From: Cyanobacteriota bacterium
Lineage (GTDB): Bacteria; Cyanobacteriota; Cyanobacteriia; Cyanobacteriales; Nostocaceae
Reading direction: 5' to 3'
NCBI GenBank assembly: GCA_046045965.1
Contig: JBJOKS010000001.1
Location: 32,001 to 96,000, forward strand
DNA: 64,000 bases
The notes below the pieces were generated by a model, which made no database searches, was not told where the DNA came from, and saw only the letters and a list, made by a program, of their open reading frames with translations. The first letter of the stretch is position 1. Each line of letters opens with the position of its first letter. The position numbers and the translations under genes are program-made. Below, in pieces: positions 52,243-64,000 of this stretch.

Positions 52243-52467
52243 ATGACAATTATGAACGCCATAGAACTATTTCCCACCCTGCGAAATTTAACTCGTGCAG
52301 ATAAGCTAAAAGTTATGCAGTTTCTAGTATCAGAATTAGCTAAAGATGAAGAACCATCATTAGAACAGGGAGCAACTTATTCTATTGTATCCCCGCTAAA
52401 TTCTCATGCAGCAGCACATCAACTTGCCCAACTACTAGAAGCTGATAAACAAAAGGAATATGAATAA
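52243..52467 (+). CDS. Small hypothetical protein (antitoxin-like)
   Basis: L..L.RADKL.VMQFL..EL pattern. Confidence 0.55.
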   Translation: MTIMNAIELFPTLRNLTRADKLKVMQFLVSELAKDEEPSLEQGATYSIVSPLNSHAAAHQLAQLLEADKQKEYE

Positions 52468-52711
52468 AGTCATTGGTGTATTAATTGAAAATTATGAAAA
52501 TGAACATATTCCTGAATTATTGTGATTTATAAAAATAATTAGCTGTAATCATTTTATCTGAGTGAAGAAAATTACAGAATTGAAAGCGATCGCACTTCCC
52601 AAACTCCAAACCCTAAAGAGCGATCGCACGGTAAGCTCTGCTAACGCACCTTTATAATGTCAGTTTAGAATAAAGTGCTACAATGTAGATACGGAAATTA
52701 CATAATTTTTT

Positions 52712-53017
52712 ATGGCAGACATTACCTTCATAGACAAAAATCAAATCACCGAAATCATCAACACATCCAACCGCTTGAAATATCTGATACTGTTTACTTA
52801 TCAAGTACCTATAGAAGATATCGTTGAAACAGGAGAAATAATTCAAGTCAAACGCCAAACAGCCAAAATAATGTGGGGACAAATTAAATTTATTGACACC
52901 CAAGCAGAACCCAGAGAAGCATTTTCCAGAATTTGTATAGGTTTAGGTTCTAATATTCAATGTTTAATTACCTTTGATTATTGGGCGGATCAAGCAGAAC
53001 AATTAACACCAGTTTGA
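52712..53017 (+). CDS. Hypothetical protein
   Basis: 101-aa ATG ORF, co-oriented with element cargo. Confidence 0.5.
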   Translation: MADITFIDKNQITEIINTSNRLKYLILFTYQVPIEDIVETGEIIQVKRQTAKIMWGQIKFIDTQAEPREAFSRICIGLGSNIQCLITFDYWADQAEQLTPV

Positions 53018-53108
53018 CATGAAGTGATGCGGAGTTTAACACTAGGTTTATATATTCGTGATCCGCGTACTGGTTTAGCTTATCCTGATTAGAGGAAAAC
53101 AAAATCAA

Positions 53109-53858
53109 ATGAGAGCAATTTTTCAAGAAATTCGCCAAAAATTAGCACTAATGCAAGAAAAAGATCCCCGATTTTATCATGCAGTGTTTGGTTCACAAAA
53201 ACATAAATATCGTCTAAATCCCTGCTTAACAAAAGCAGAAATAATTGCATTTGAGGAACGTTATCAAATCAAATTACCAGAAGATTATCGAGACTTTTTA
53301 ATGTATGTAGGTAATGGGGGAGCAGGTCCCCATTATGGATTATTTCCTTTAGCAGAATCAGTTCGGGAATTTCAAGAGAAGATGATTGAAGTACCGGAAG
53401 AATACTGGAATAGATTAATGGTATTACGTACTGGGAGAAAACTTACAGAAGATGAATATTTAGAAATACAAGAAATTCATCAGAAAAGGAGGAAATTTGT
53501 AGAAAATAAATTGCAACAAGGAGAAGTAAATTATGATTTTTTAAAAGAGGAATTTCCCTTAACTAATACAGATGCTTTAGACGCAATTTATAGAAGAATA
53601 AATGTAGAAACAGATGAATATTATTTTATCGAAACTGATTATCCTCTTAATGGTTGTTTCCCTATTAATGAGCGAGGATGTGGTTGGATGACAGTATTAG
53701 TTATTAGTGGTGAACAACGTGGTAAAATCTGGGTTGCTGGAGAGGGTTGGTTGCCAGAATTTGATGATAAATCTGCACAACAAAAGGATTTTCTTAGTTG
53801 GTATCAGCAATGGTTAAATAATGCTATGGATACCCTGACTAAATGGCAAACAGAGTGA
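53109..53858 (+). CDS. SMI1/KNR4 (SUKH) family protein
   Basis: EI.AFE.RY.IKLPEDYRDFL..VGNGGAGP.YGL, GCG...LVISG..RG.IW, F.SWY..WL. Confidence 0.85.
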   Translation: MRAIFQEIRQKLALMQEKDPRFYHAVFGSQKHKYRLNPCLTKAEIIAFEERYQIKLPEDYRDFLMYVGNGGAGPHYGLFPLAESVREFQEKMIEVPEEYWNRLMVLRTGRKLTEDEYLEIQEIHQKRRKFVENKLQQGEVNYDFLKEEFPLTNTDALDAIYRRINVETDEYYFIETDYPLNGCFPINERGCGWMTVLVISGEQRGKIWVAGEGWLPEFDDKSAQQKDFLSWYQQWLNNAMDTLTKWQTE

Positions 53859-54201
53859 TGATATTTTAGGAAACATAATGATTGGAAAAGTAAATTTTCT
53901 CAACCTGTGACTAGAGAACAGTTAAAAGAAACTTTGTCTTTATCAATCTGACGCACCCTAGTATTTAGTCTAGAAAAACCAACCTACAAAAAGTTATTCA
54001 ATTTAACCAAATTACCAAATATCAAAAATTAACAACTTCCTCAACCACTGATAAAATCAGACATTTAAGATTTGCAGTTATCTATAAACAATGTTATGAT
54101 AGAACATAATTAAATACATTTAGTCTAAAAATCCATGTCTCTTAATTCCCCAACAAAAAACCCTTAAACTAACGCACATTTCAACCAACATGATCAAGTT
54201 C

Positions 54202-55563
54202 GGAGTAATCCCAAGAGTGCATTTGACGGAAAGGAAGACCCATCTTTTGGAAGACATACTTCTCTTTGACACCGGAAGCAACTAAATCTGGCTTCAATGC
54301 TTTGATGAATTCTTCAAATTCAAAAGCGGTAACGTCGTCATAAACGATAGTTCCGTTTTCGATGTAGTGAGTAGTACGTTTATAGTCGTCATTATGAGCG
54401 AACTCATAACCAGTACCAATCATCTTCATTCCTAAATCTTGGAAAGCGGGAACAACGTGACGAGGACGTAGACCACCAACCATCATTGCAACTGTCTTAC
54501 CTTCCAAACGGGGGCGATATTGCTTAACGATCGCATCCATTGTGGGTTGGTACTTAGCAATTACCTTCTCAGCGTTTTCTTGGATCTTGGAGTCAAACTT
54601 AGAAGCAATTTCGCGTAAAGATGCAGCAATCTTGGTAGGACCGAAGAAATTATACTCTAACCAGGGTATACCATAAGCTTCTTCCATGTGACGGCTGATG
54701 TAGTTCATCGAGCGGTAACAGTGGATGAGGTTCATCTTCACGTTGGGGGTCATCAACATTTCGTTGATAGTACCGTCACCAGACCATTGAGCAACAACAC
54801 GCAAACCGATTTCTTCTAATAAGATACGGCTGGCCCAAGCGTCACCACCGATGTTATAGTCACCGATGATTGCTACGTCGTAAGGGGTAGACTCAAACTT
54901 GAGAGTACCGTCTTTCTTAGCTTTGTCTGCTCTGGGGAATACCCAGTCACGAATCATGTCGTTAGCGATGTGGTGTCCTAAAGACTGAGACACACCACGG
55001 AAACCTTCGCAACGCACAGGAATAACTGGCTTACCGATGGTTTTGGCTGTCTTCTTAGCTACTGCTTCGATGTCATCCCCAATTAGACCGATGGGACATT
55101 CAGATTGAATAGAAACCCCACGATTTAAGGGGAATAATACATCTAATTCTTCAATTAACTTGGTCAGTTTCTTGTCTCCACCAAACACGATGTCGCGTTC
55201 TTGGAAGTCAGAAGTGAAGTGCATGGTACCGAAGGTATCAACACCTGTTGTACCTAAGTAGTAGTTACGACGACCAGACCAAGACCAGTAACCGCAACCT
55301 ACAGGACCGTGACTGATGTGGATCATGTCCTTGATAGGACCCCAAACCACACCTTTAGAACCTGCGTAAGCACAACCACGAGCGGTCATTACACCAGGAA
55401 GAGATTTGATGTTAGATTTAACACCGCAATCTGCCTTACCTTCTTCGTATACGTTTAAGTGCTTCTCGCGCTTTTTAGCAGCTTTTTCGGGGTAAGCTTT
55501 AAGAACTTCTTTAACTAGTTCTTTTCTTTGTTCAACAATCTTCTTGTCGTCTGGAGGAGTCAT
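54202..55563 (-). CDS. nifD: Nitrogenase MoFe protein alpha chain, 5' segment
   Basis: [29 protein letters not shown]; the last 6 residues of the raw ORF (ELDHVG) are element-derived. Confidence 0.97.
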
Positions 55564-55709
55564 TGTTAGTCTCTCTTGCTCCTAAAGGAACGGAAATAGG
55601 GATTAGGTTTTTGGGAACGGGGACTTAATGTCCCCTGTGGGGAGGGGAAGGAAGGTAAAAAGGAAATTATGTAGAGTTTTCCTTTTTCCTGTTCCTTATT
55701 TACTAAATA

Positions 55710-56711
<1,002 letters not shown>

Positions 56712-56879
56712 CTACCAAAAATAGAGTTGTGTTCATAGTGTTTATTGGGTTGTAAGGAATTTTTTTGAGAAGGAGTCAGGAGTCAGGAGTCAGGAGGGAG
56801 AATAAAAATCAAATCAATATTTCTTTTTTCTGTTCCCTGTTCCCTGTTCCCTGTTCCCTGTTCCCTGTTCCCTCTTGTT

Positions 56880-57794
56880 CTAAACTGCTTCAACGATGAT
56901 GTCTTTGCTGATGCGATCGCGTAACCTAGATTCAATCGCTATCTTTAAAGTTGCAGTGCTGCTAGAACATGAACCGCAAGCACCTTTGAGAATAACTTGG
57001 ACTTTATCGCCTACTATATCGTAGAGTTCCACATCTCCCCCGTCGGCGATTAATACGGGTCGGACTTCTTCATCTAATACTTTTTGAATCAGGGCAATTT
57101 TTTGAACATTAGTTAATGGTCTTTGTTGCCCTTCATTAAACATTGAACTAGGAATTTCTGTAGAATTTTTCGCGCCGTTGGTGTTGAGATTTTGTTTGGC
57201 GGTTTCCTGCTTTACTTCTCTTATTATATCATCGATTTTCGCTAAACAGGAACCGCATCCGCCACCAGCTTTTACATAATTTGTTACTTGTTCTGCACTG
57301 AGAAGATTATTTTGAGCAACTGCCTTTCTAATCTTAGTATCAGTAATACTAAAACAAGTACAAATTAGAGTTCCTTCATCATCGTCATCATGAGCAGCTA
57401 AAGGAATGCCTCTATAATTAAATATAGCAGCTTCTAAAGCTTCTTGACCCATAACTGAACAGTGCATTTTTGCTTCAGGTAAACCACCTAAATATGCAGC
57501 AATTTCCTTATTTGTAACTTTCAAAGCTTCATCTAAAGTCAATCCTTTAACCATTTCAGTCAAAGCACTGGAAGATGCGATCGCACTGGTACAACCGAAA
57601 GTTTGAAACCGAGCATCAAGAATTTTATCAGATGCAACTTCCACTTTCAAATGTAATCTTAAAGCATCACCGCAAGCAATACTTCCGACTTCACCAGTTG
57701 CAACCTTCACACCAGCTTCACCAGTTTCTTCAATTGCACCTTGGTTTTTAGGATCGTAAAATAACTCTAATACTTTATCAGTGTAGTCCCACAT
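56880..57794 (-). CDS. nifU: NifU
   Basis: ACGDAL, FGCTSAIA, KMHCS, CTCF, GGCGSC, GACGSC. Confidence 0.96.
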   Translation of the reverse strand: MWDYTDKVLELFYDPKNQGAIEETGEAGVKVATGEVGSIACGDALRLHLKVEVASDKILDARFQTFGCTSAIASSSALTEMVKGLTLDEALKVTNKEIAAYLGGLPEAKMHCSVMGQEALEAAIFNYRGIPLAAHDDDDEGTLICTCFSITDTKIRKAVAQNNLLSAEQVTNYVKAGGGCGSCLAKIDDIIREVKQETAKQNLNTNGAKNSTEIPSSMFNEGQQRPLTNVQKIALIQKVLDEEVRPVLIADGGDVELYDIVGDKVQVILKGACGSCSSSTATLKIAIESRLRDRISKDIIVEAV

Positions 57795-57932
57795 AGTTGA
57801 TTGTAGATTTTGGATTTTAGATTGTTGTTCTTAGATTTCTGTTTGGTAATTGATGATTGGGTAGGGATGATTAGGACATGAGGTAAATTGAGATTTTTCC
57901 CAGTCCCCAGTCCCCAATCCCCAGTCCCCAAT

Positions 57933-59150
57933 CTACCGATTTACTAAAGTATGCTCTTGCTGTTGTAACCAACCTGCTTCATCATTTTTGAAGGGAGATA
58001 AAGCGCGGAGACGTTCAACAATTTCCGGCATTACTGCAATTACTTGGTCAATTTCAGCTTCGGTGGTGTAGCGACAAAGACTGAAGCGAATGGAACCATG
58101 TAACGTAGTGTAGGGTAAACCCATTGCTCGTAAAACGTGAGATGGTTCCAGAGAACCCGAAGTACAAGCAGAACCAGAGGAAGCACAAATACCATGCTTA
58201 TTTAGAAGTAACAGAATTGCTTCACCTTCGATATATTTGAAACCGATATTTGTAGTGTTTGGCAATCTATTTTTCACATCACCATTGACTGCACAGTCGG
58301 GAATTTTAGCAAGTAAACTTTGTTCGAGGCGATCGCGCAATTTTCTTTCTCTCTTTGTCGCCTCTTCTAAGTGTAACAATTCCAGTTCCGCAGCTTTGCC
58401 TAAAGCGATAATTCCGGGAACGTTTTCTGTACCTGCTCTGCGTCCTCTTTCTTGGTGTCCACCAATTAATAAAGGACGGAATCTCACTCCACGTCTTACA
58501 TACAAAGCACCAATACCCTTGGGAGCGTGAATTTTATGACCAGATATAGTTAACATATCAATTGTGCTGGTCTTCATATTCAAGGGTACTTTACCTACCG
58601 CTTGTACTGCATCGACGTGAAAGATAGCTCCATACTCTTTTACTCTAGCACCAATTTCTTCAATGGGAAAAATTGTGCCGGTTTCGTTATTGGCATACAT
58701 CACTGTTACCAAAGCGGTGTTACCAGTGAGAGAAGCTTCTAACTCATTCAAGTCTATTTGTCCCTTATCATTCACAGACAAATAAGTAACTTGATAACCT
58801 TGAGTTTCTAATTGTTTGCAGACATTTAAAACTGCGGGATGTTCTACCTGAGAAGTGATGATGTGGCGTTTTTCTGGTTGAGCTAATAACGCTGATCTAA
58901 TAGCTGCATTATCACCTTCAGTTCCACAACTGGTAAAAACAATTTCTGATTCATCTGCACCCAGTAAAGCTGCAACTTGTTCTCTAGCTACTTTCACACT
59001 TTTGCCAATTTGTCCACCAAAGGTGTGCATACTAGAAGGGTTAGCGTAGTAGTCCGTTAGATAAGGTAGCATGACCTCAACAACTTCAGGATCTACTTTG
59101 GTTGTTGCATTATTATCGAGATAGATGCAATTCTTTAACATTTCACTCAT
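57933..59150 (-). CDS. nifS: Cysteine desulfurase NifS
   Basis: YLDNNATT, SGHKIH, SSGSACTS. Confidence 0.96.
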   Translation of the reverse strand: MSEMLKNCIYLDNNATTKVDPEVVEVMLPYLTDYYANPSSMHTFGGQIGKSVKVAREQVAALLGADESEIVFTSCGTEGDNAAIRSALLAQPEKRHIITSQVEHPAVLNVCKQLETQGYQVTYLSVNDKGQIDLNELEASLTGNTALVTVMYANNETGTIFPIEEIGARVKEYGAIFHVDAVQAVGKVPLNMKTSTIDMLTISGHKIHAPKGIGALYVRRGVRFRPLLIGGHQERGRRAGTENVPGIIALGKAAELELLHLEEATKRERKLRDRLEQSLLAKIPDCAVNGDVKNRLPNTTNIGFKYIEGEAILLLLNKHGICASSGSACTSGSLEPSHVLRAMGLPYTTLHGSIRFSLCRYTTEAEIDQVIAVMPEIVERLRALSPFKNDEAGWLQQQEHTLVNR

Positions 59151-59259
59151 TAGTTATTAGTTTTTTAGTTATTACTTATTGAGTTTTGGTAACGGGTAAT
59201 TGGTAATAGGTAATTTGTAGAAACCTCTTCCCAGTCACCAATACCCAATCCCCAGTCAC

Positions 59260-59598
59260 CTAAACTATTGCTTGTTGTTTTTTCAATTGTTCCGCTAACT
59301 TTTGGGAATAAGTGTTATACCAGCGTTCCCAATAATCTTGTTTATTGGTTAATTTGGCGATGACGCGGTTGTATGTGGCAAACCAATTTTCCCAATAATC
59401 ACTGGGTTGTTTTACGCAACCACTAGCAGTAGGACAAACTGCTTTACATTGAGGTACTGTGTAAATACTATCAGCACAGTTTGTACAAAGTTCAGAGTCG
59501 ATCAGGTGTTTACCTTCAACTTCTTGAATTGCACCATTAGGACATACAGACACACACAGGTTACAGGAAATACACTGGCTAGTAATTGTGTAAGCCAT
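59260..59598 (-). CDS. fdxN: Ferredoxin FdxN (uninterrupted)
   Basis: CISCNLCVSVCP and CTNC...C..VCP; between nifB and nifS. Confidence 0.92.
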   Translation of the reverse strand: MAYTITSQCISCNLCVSVCPNGAIQEVEGKHLIDSELCTNCADSIYTVPQCKAVCPTASGCVKQPSDYWENWFATYNRVIAKLTNKQDYWERWYNTYSQKLAEQLKKQQAIV

Positions 59599-59713
59599 GA
59601 CTATTCTCCTTGAGGGGCATTGGGCTGTAGTAATGGGTGAATAGAGAAGGCAAAAGTGAGAAGTGAAAAGAACAGAATTCTTTTGACTTTTGACTTTTGA
59701 CTTCCTATATTTA

Positions 59714-61147
59714 TTACTGATTAGCCTTTACATACTGCTCGTAAAACTCTAAGGCAACTTTCTCGATTACGTCGTAAGATTCAACAGTCTGTATGCCGGC
59801 TGCGTGCAGTTTCTCTTTAGGACAATTACCTATTTTGGAAACTAAAACTGCTTTACAATCTGCAATTGATTTCATTATATTGTCTGCGGTCGCTTCTTCA
59901 CCGTATCCACCTTGACAATATTGATCAATTTTGCGATGACTGACAAATTTTACTTCATTACCATCCACTTCGTAGACTTGAAATTCTTTAGCATGACCGA
60001 AGTGTTGGTTAACTAATCCACCACCTTTGGTTGCAACTGCAATCAGGATTTTAGGACTATTAGCAACTGTCTTGCCAGCTTGTACCTTGGATTTTGCTAG
60101 TTGAATTTCTTCTCTAAATTTCTCAATTCCTTCATGAACTTCTTGGCGTGTTTCCAGGTTGTATTCTGGAGACATTTCCATGAATTTATCTTTAGTGAAT
60201 TCTTGGCTGCGGTCTTCTCCTAATAATCCTACCGCATCTGCTCGACACTGGCGACAGTGGCGCATCATTTTCATGTTACCAGAACAGTTATCTTGAACTT
60301 CTTTAAGTTCTTTACCTGTTGGTCCACGTTGACCAGTTAAACCAAAGTGTGTACCATGTTCTGGTGCAGAAATTAGCGGCATGATGTTGTGCAGGAATGC
60401 ACCTCTTTCACGAATTGCCTTGTTAACTTCTACCAAATGTTTGTCATTAATTCCGGGAATCATCACAGAATTAACTTTGCATAAGATATCAGCTTCTTTC
60501 AAAGCTTGCAATCCTTCCAACTGCTTTTCTAGGAGAATTTTCGCCCCTTCAATTCCTCTGTAACGCTTGCGTTTATAGTGAACCCAAGAATAGATTTGTG
60601 CGCCTATTTCTGGGTCAATGGTGTTAAGGGTGATAGTAACGTGATCTATATTTAATTGTTTGATGCGATCAACATATTCTGTTAACATCAAACCGTTAGT
60701 AGATAAGCACAGTTTAATATCTGGTGCTTTATCTGCAATCAACTCAAAAGTACGGAATGTTTTTTCTGGATTTGCTAAAGGATCACCAGGTCCAGCAATT
60801 CCCAAAACTGTCATTTGGGGAATTTTACCTGCTATCACCAATACTTTATGTGCAGCTTCTTCTGGTGTGAGTAATTCGCTTACTACTCCAGGACGGCTTT
60901 CATTTGCACAGTCATACTTGCGGTTACAATAGTTGCATTGAATGTTGCAAGCTGGGGCAACTGCAACGTGCATCCGGGCATAATGATGGTGAGCTTCTTC
61001 GCTATAACAGGGATGGTTGGCGATGCGTGCTTTGAGTTTTTCGTCCATTTCTGGGGTTGTGCTGCTATCGCAACCGCAACCACCAGATTTACCTTTGAGG
61101 GGTTCCTGTTCGGAGGAGGTGAGGAGTCCTGTAGCCGGTAGTGTCAT
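59714..61147 (-). CDS. nifB: NifB radical SAM protein
   Basis: [32 protein letters not shown]-terminal NifX-like domain; start at MTLPA. Confidence 0.97.
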   Translation of the reverse strand: MTLPATGLLTSSEQEPLKGKSGGCGCDSSTTPEMDEKLKARIANHPCYSEEAHHHYARMHVAVAPACNIQCNYCNRKYDCANESRPGVVSELLTPEEAAHKVLVIAGKIPQMTVLGIAGPGDPLANPEKTFRTFELIADKAPDIKLCLSTNGLMLTEYVDRIKQLNIDHVTITLNTIDPEIGAQIYSWVHYKRKRYRGIEGAKILLEKQLEGLQALKEADILCKVNSVMIPGINDKHLVEVNKAIRERGAFLHNIMPLISAPEHGTHFGLTGQRGPTGKELKEVQDNCSGNMKMMRHCRQCRADAVGLLGEDRSQEFTKDKFMEMSPEYNLETRQEVHEGIEKFREEIQLAKSKVQAGKTVANSPKILIAVATKGGGLVNQHFGHAKEFQVYEVDGNEVKFVSHRKIDQYCQGGYGEEATADNIMKSIADCKAVLVSKIGNCPKEKLHAAGIQTVESYDVIEKVALEFYEQYVKANQ

Positions 61148-61590
61148 TGAATTTCGCAAGGGTTCGGTGGACTAGATGGCCACTGTGGGAGATGCCGTTG
61201 CTACTTCCAATGCCTATGAACTGAAAGTCACGTCTGATACTCACTTTGCCCGCATGAGTATGATACAAATTTTGGATGATTTTAGTGTTATTTGAGATGA
61301 TGGCAACAGTCTATTAATTAAGACTTTGAATCCAAAATCTAAAATCTAAAATCCAAAATTTCTGCAAGGTTCGGCTGGTGTGTGTCAACTGTGGGTCTTG
61401 GGTAGACTAAGTTTGTACAGCCGCGACTTCCATTCACTTCAGGCATGGTGCTATCTCATCCCTCCACTCACTTTTAACTTCTAACTTTGTTAAGGAGCGT
61501 TAAGTGATTGGCGATAAATGATTTATAGCAGCACTTTCTAGATGGGTAAATGGTTGTATGAAGATAGGATTTATTGGATTTATTATGTAT

Positions 61591-61797
61591 GTACTCAAAT
61601 CTATAAATCCCAATCTTTGTCAGGATTACAAAAATTAAATAATATTTTTTCGGGTAGGGGTGCTAGTATTTTTCGATTGGGGTACGAGTATTTATGATGT
61701 GGGGTTCAGGATTTCGTTGTACTCATTCAAAACCCAATACCTGTCAGGGATTGGGTGATATTTGGGTTGATTTTGCGTTACATTCATCATGTACTCA
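61591..61797 (-). promoter_or_regulatory. Repeated TGAGTAC motifs upstream of nifB (putative CnfR/PatB sites)
   Basis: GTACTCA on + strand at 61591, 61719 and 61791. Confidence 0.6.
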
Positions 61798-62241
61798 ATT
61801 AACCCTCAAATCCTGCTAAAAGCTTTAATTTGCAAGGGATTGGAGGTGGAAAACTGGAGTAGGATAAGCCTTGCTAATCCAGTAACGTGCGAAATTCTAT
61901 TCTGTATACAACATATCATTTTTTTTTAGATAAAAATGCAGTTTATATTCTTTTAACTTTTCGCTAGTCAATGATGTTAATTGCATTTCTAAAATGATGC
62001 TGGTTCAACATTAGGGCTTTAATAAAAGCATAACTCTTAATGCAGATAATTTGCAAGTAATCTCATCTTTATTAGGGCAGGAAATAGGCAAGAAGGAATA
62101 GGGAATCAGGAATAGAGAACAGGGAATGAGAAATAATGTCAAATTAGGGAATAGGGAATAGGGAAAGAAATTAATCGCCCTGAACTTTTAGCAATCGCTA
62201 CACTTGAATTATGGTGAACAAGTCAAAGGAGGGGAAAGTCC

Positions 62242-63204
62242 ATGAAAGCTGTTGTTATCCGTCGCTATGGTGATGCTGAGGTGTTGCAGTATGAAGAGGT
62301 GGAACAACCGAAAATCAAACCAGACCAGTTACTTGTCAAGGTTCACGCTAGTAGTGTTAACCCCATTGACTGGAAAACCCGCAAGGGAATGCTGAGTATT
62401 TTAACTGGAAACAACTTTCCCCTCATTCTCGGTTTTGATGTCGCTGGGGAAGTGGTGGAAGTTGGTTCACAGGTAACGCGCTTTAAAGTTGGAGATGCTA
62501 TTTATGGCAGTACCAGCTTTCCTGGGGGCGCTTATGCAGAGTTCGCCGCTATCCCAGAAAATTTGGCGGCTCCCAAACCAAATAATTTGACTTATGAAGA
62601 AGCAGCCACTGTCCCTTTAGCGGCGCTAACGGCTCTCCAGGCGTTGCGAGACTTGGGAAATATCAAATCAGGTCAAAAGGTATTAATTAACGGTGCTTCG
62701 GGCGGTGTGGGCATTTTTGCGGTGCAAATTGCTAAGGCGTTGGATGCCGAAGTGACTGGTGTTTGCAGTACCAAAAATTTGGATTTGGTGAGGTCTTTGA
62801 ATGCAGATTTAGTTATTGACTATACGCAACAGGATTTTACAAAAGGTAATGTGCAGTACGATATTATTTTGGATGCAGTTGCTAAACGAGCATTTTCTAA
62901 TTGCAGAAAAGTTTTAAAGCCAAATGGAGTTTATATTTCGACTCTCCCCACACCGGAGGTAATTATACAGGGTGTTTTAACAGCGTTTCTTCCTGGTCAA
63001 AAGGCAAAAATTGTCTGGGAAAAGCCGAATAGTAAGGATTTGGTTTATTTAAAAGAGTTGATTGAAAATGGTAAACTGCGGACTGTGAGCGATCGCACCT
63101 ATCCTTTACAAGAATTAGCAGCAGCTCATCAGTATAGTGAGGGTGAAAGGACAGTAGGGAAAATTGCGATCGCTATCAATGTGCCAGTGCTTCAGACTGC
63201 ATAA
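62242..63204 (+). CDS. NAD(P)-dependent MDR-family oxidoreductase (quinone reductase/ADH-like)
   Basis: SVNPIDWK, GFDVAG, GAYAE, INGASGGVG. Confidence 0.88.
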   Translation: MKAVVIRRYGDAEVLQYEEVEQPKIKPDQLLVKVHASSVNPIDWKTRKGMLSILTGNNFPLILGFDVAGEVVEVGSQVTRFKVGDAIYGSTSFPGGAYAEFAAIPENLAAPKPNNLTYEEAATVPLAALTALQALRDLGNIKSGQKVLINGASGGVGIFAVQIAKALDAEVTGVCSTKNLDLVRSLNADLVIDYTQQDFTKGNVQYDIILDAVAKRAFSNCRKVLKPNGVYISTLPTPEVIIQGVLTAFLPGQKAKIVWEKPNSKDLVYLKELIENGKLRTVSDRTYPLQELAAAHQYSEGERTVGKIAIAINVPVLQTA

Positions 63205-63281
63205 ATCGTGTAAATAAACAGATTCTTAATATCTGACGCACCCTACCAATGTGCTAGTTGCGTCAGTCCCGATCCTCTGCG

Positions 63282-64000
63282 CTAAAACAGTCGTTCTCCT
63301 GAAGAGTTGTCATTTCCTTGAGGCCATAGCGGCGGCTTTTTAGTAGGGGTAGGTTGTGTACGAACTCTACTCCTTGAAGGCTGTTTTCTCTGTGGTGGTT
63401 GCGTCTGAGGTGCAATCCTCTGTCTAGGTTTTGGTGTACGTTTAGGTAAATTGCTAGTTGATTTTTGATTGACTGTTAAATTAACATTATTTCGTTTAGG
63501 TGTTGGCGAAGATGGTACTGGCTTAGGTATAACTGGAACTACTTTTCTTTCAGCAATTATTTTCTGAATTTTCTGATCAATTTCTTGAATTTTACTGTTG
63601 TATTTTGCTTTGATTTGGTTTACTTTCTCAATTACAAAAGCATCATTAGGAATTTCTGCTAGTTTTACTCTTAACTTTTCCCACTCAGATTTTACTCGCT
63701 GTAAATCTTGAATATTTTTAGCACTTTTAGCTGTTTCAGTCCAATTAGTAAGAGTTTGAGCAGATGCCTCTATTGAAGCTATTTGTGTTTCATAAATTTC
63801 TTCTTTTGCCAACTTATCATCTATAGCTTTAATCTGTGTTTCATATTCTTGTTTTAAAGTTGTTACCTGGGGCTGAATTTTAGCATTATCGGGAATTTTA
63901 TCAAGCTCAGTCAGTGTATTTTGTAATTGAGCGCGGGCATTTTGGAGTTGGTTAATATTCTGAGCTTGTTCGGCTAAAGTCTTGCTTTCTTTACCTTTTT
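63282..64000 (-). CDS. Hypothetical coiled-coil protein with Pro-rich tail (5'-partial)
   Basis: Frame appears to continue to the window end; repeated helical units and P/K/R-rich C-terminus. Confidence 0.6.
   Translation of the reverse strand, partial: KGKESKTLAEQAQNINQLQNARAQLQNTLTELDKIPDNAKIQPQVTTLKQEYETQIKAIDDKLAKEEIYETQIASIEASAQTLTNWTETAKSAKNIQDLQRVKSEWEKLRVKLAEIPNDAFVIEKVNQIKAKYNSKIQEIDQKIQKIIAERKVVPVIPKPVPSSPTPKRNNVNLTVNQKSTSNLPKRTPKPRQRIAPQTQPPQRKQPSRSRVRTQPTPTKKPPLWPQGNDNSSGERLF

Larger units (their letters stand above)
46333..54207. mobile_element. nifD excision element (heterocyst-excised), 7868 bp
   Basis: Direct repeats CGGAGTA at 46333-46339 and 54201-54207 split nifD at WDYS|GPYH; xisA at the nifK-proximal end. 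Confidence 0.95.

Noticed and set aside
52460..52525. Short frame MNKVIGVLIENYENEHIPELL resembling an antitoxin fragment
   Set aside because: Too short to support without a search
54181..55563. nifD as a truncated pseudogene
   Set aside because: The missing 3' end is intact at 46193-46339 and is restored in frame by excision

Overview
Chromosomal window from a heterocyst-forming cyanobacterium (Nostocales; frequent HIP1 GCGATCGC sites and heptameric STRR tandem repeats). Left: end of the phycocyanin operon (cpcE partial, cpcF, three cpcG linkers), then an uncharacterised cluster at about 4.4-11.4 kb. That cluster encodes two asparagine-synthetase-like proteins lacking the glutaminase Cys, a DAP-decarboxylase-fold protein lacking the PLP lysine, a membrane protein with a Zn-ribbon and a TopoVIA/Spo11-like TOPRIM domain, and a single-pass membrane protein. 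It is my best candidate for an undescribed system. Middle: housekeeping and accessory genes (ATP-grasp ligase, YraN, MarR/DMT module, cimA, thiO-thiG, AAA ATPase, psb34, TPR protein, ABC ATPase, SET protein, hupW, nitroreductase, ankyrin, CBS-CP12), many miniature mobile repeats and an orphan CIRCE operator. Right: the main Mo-nitrogenase cluster on the minus strand (nifB-fdxN-nifS-nifU-nifH-nifD-nifK-nifE-nifN-nifX-orf-orf-nifW-hesA-hesB-fdxH-feoA). nifD is interrupted by a 7868-bp xisA excision element bounded by only a 7-bp exact direct repeat and carrying secreted-protein, SMI1/KNR4 and decayed toxin-antitoxin cargo. All calls come from motif recognition by eye; no searches were run.
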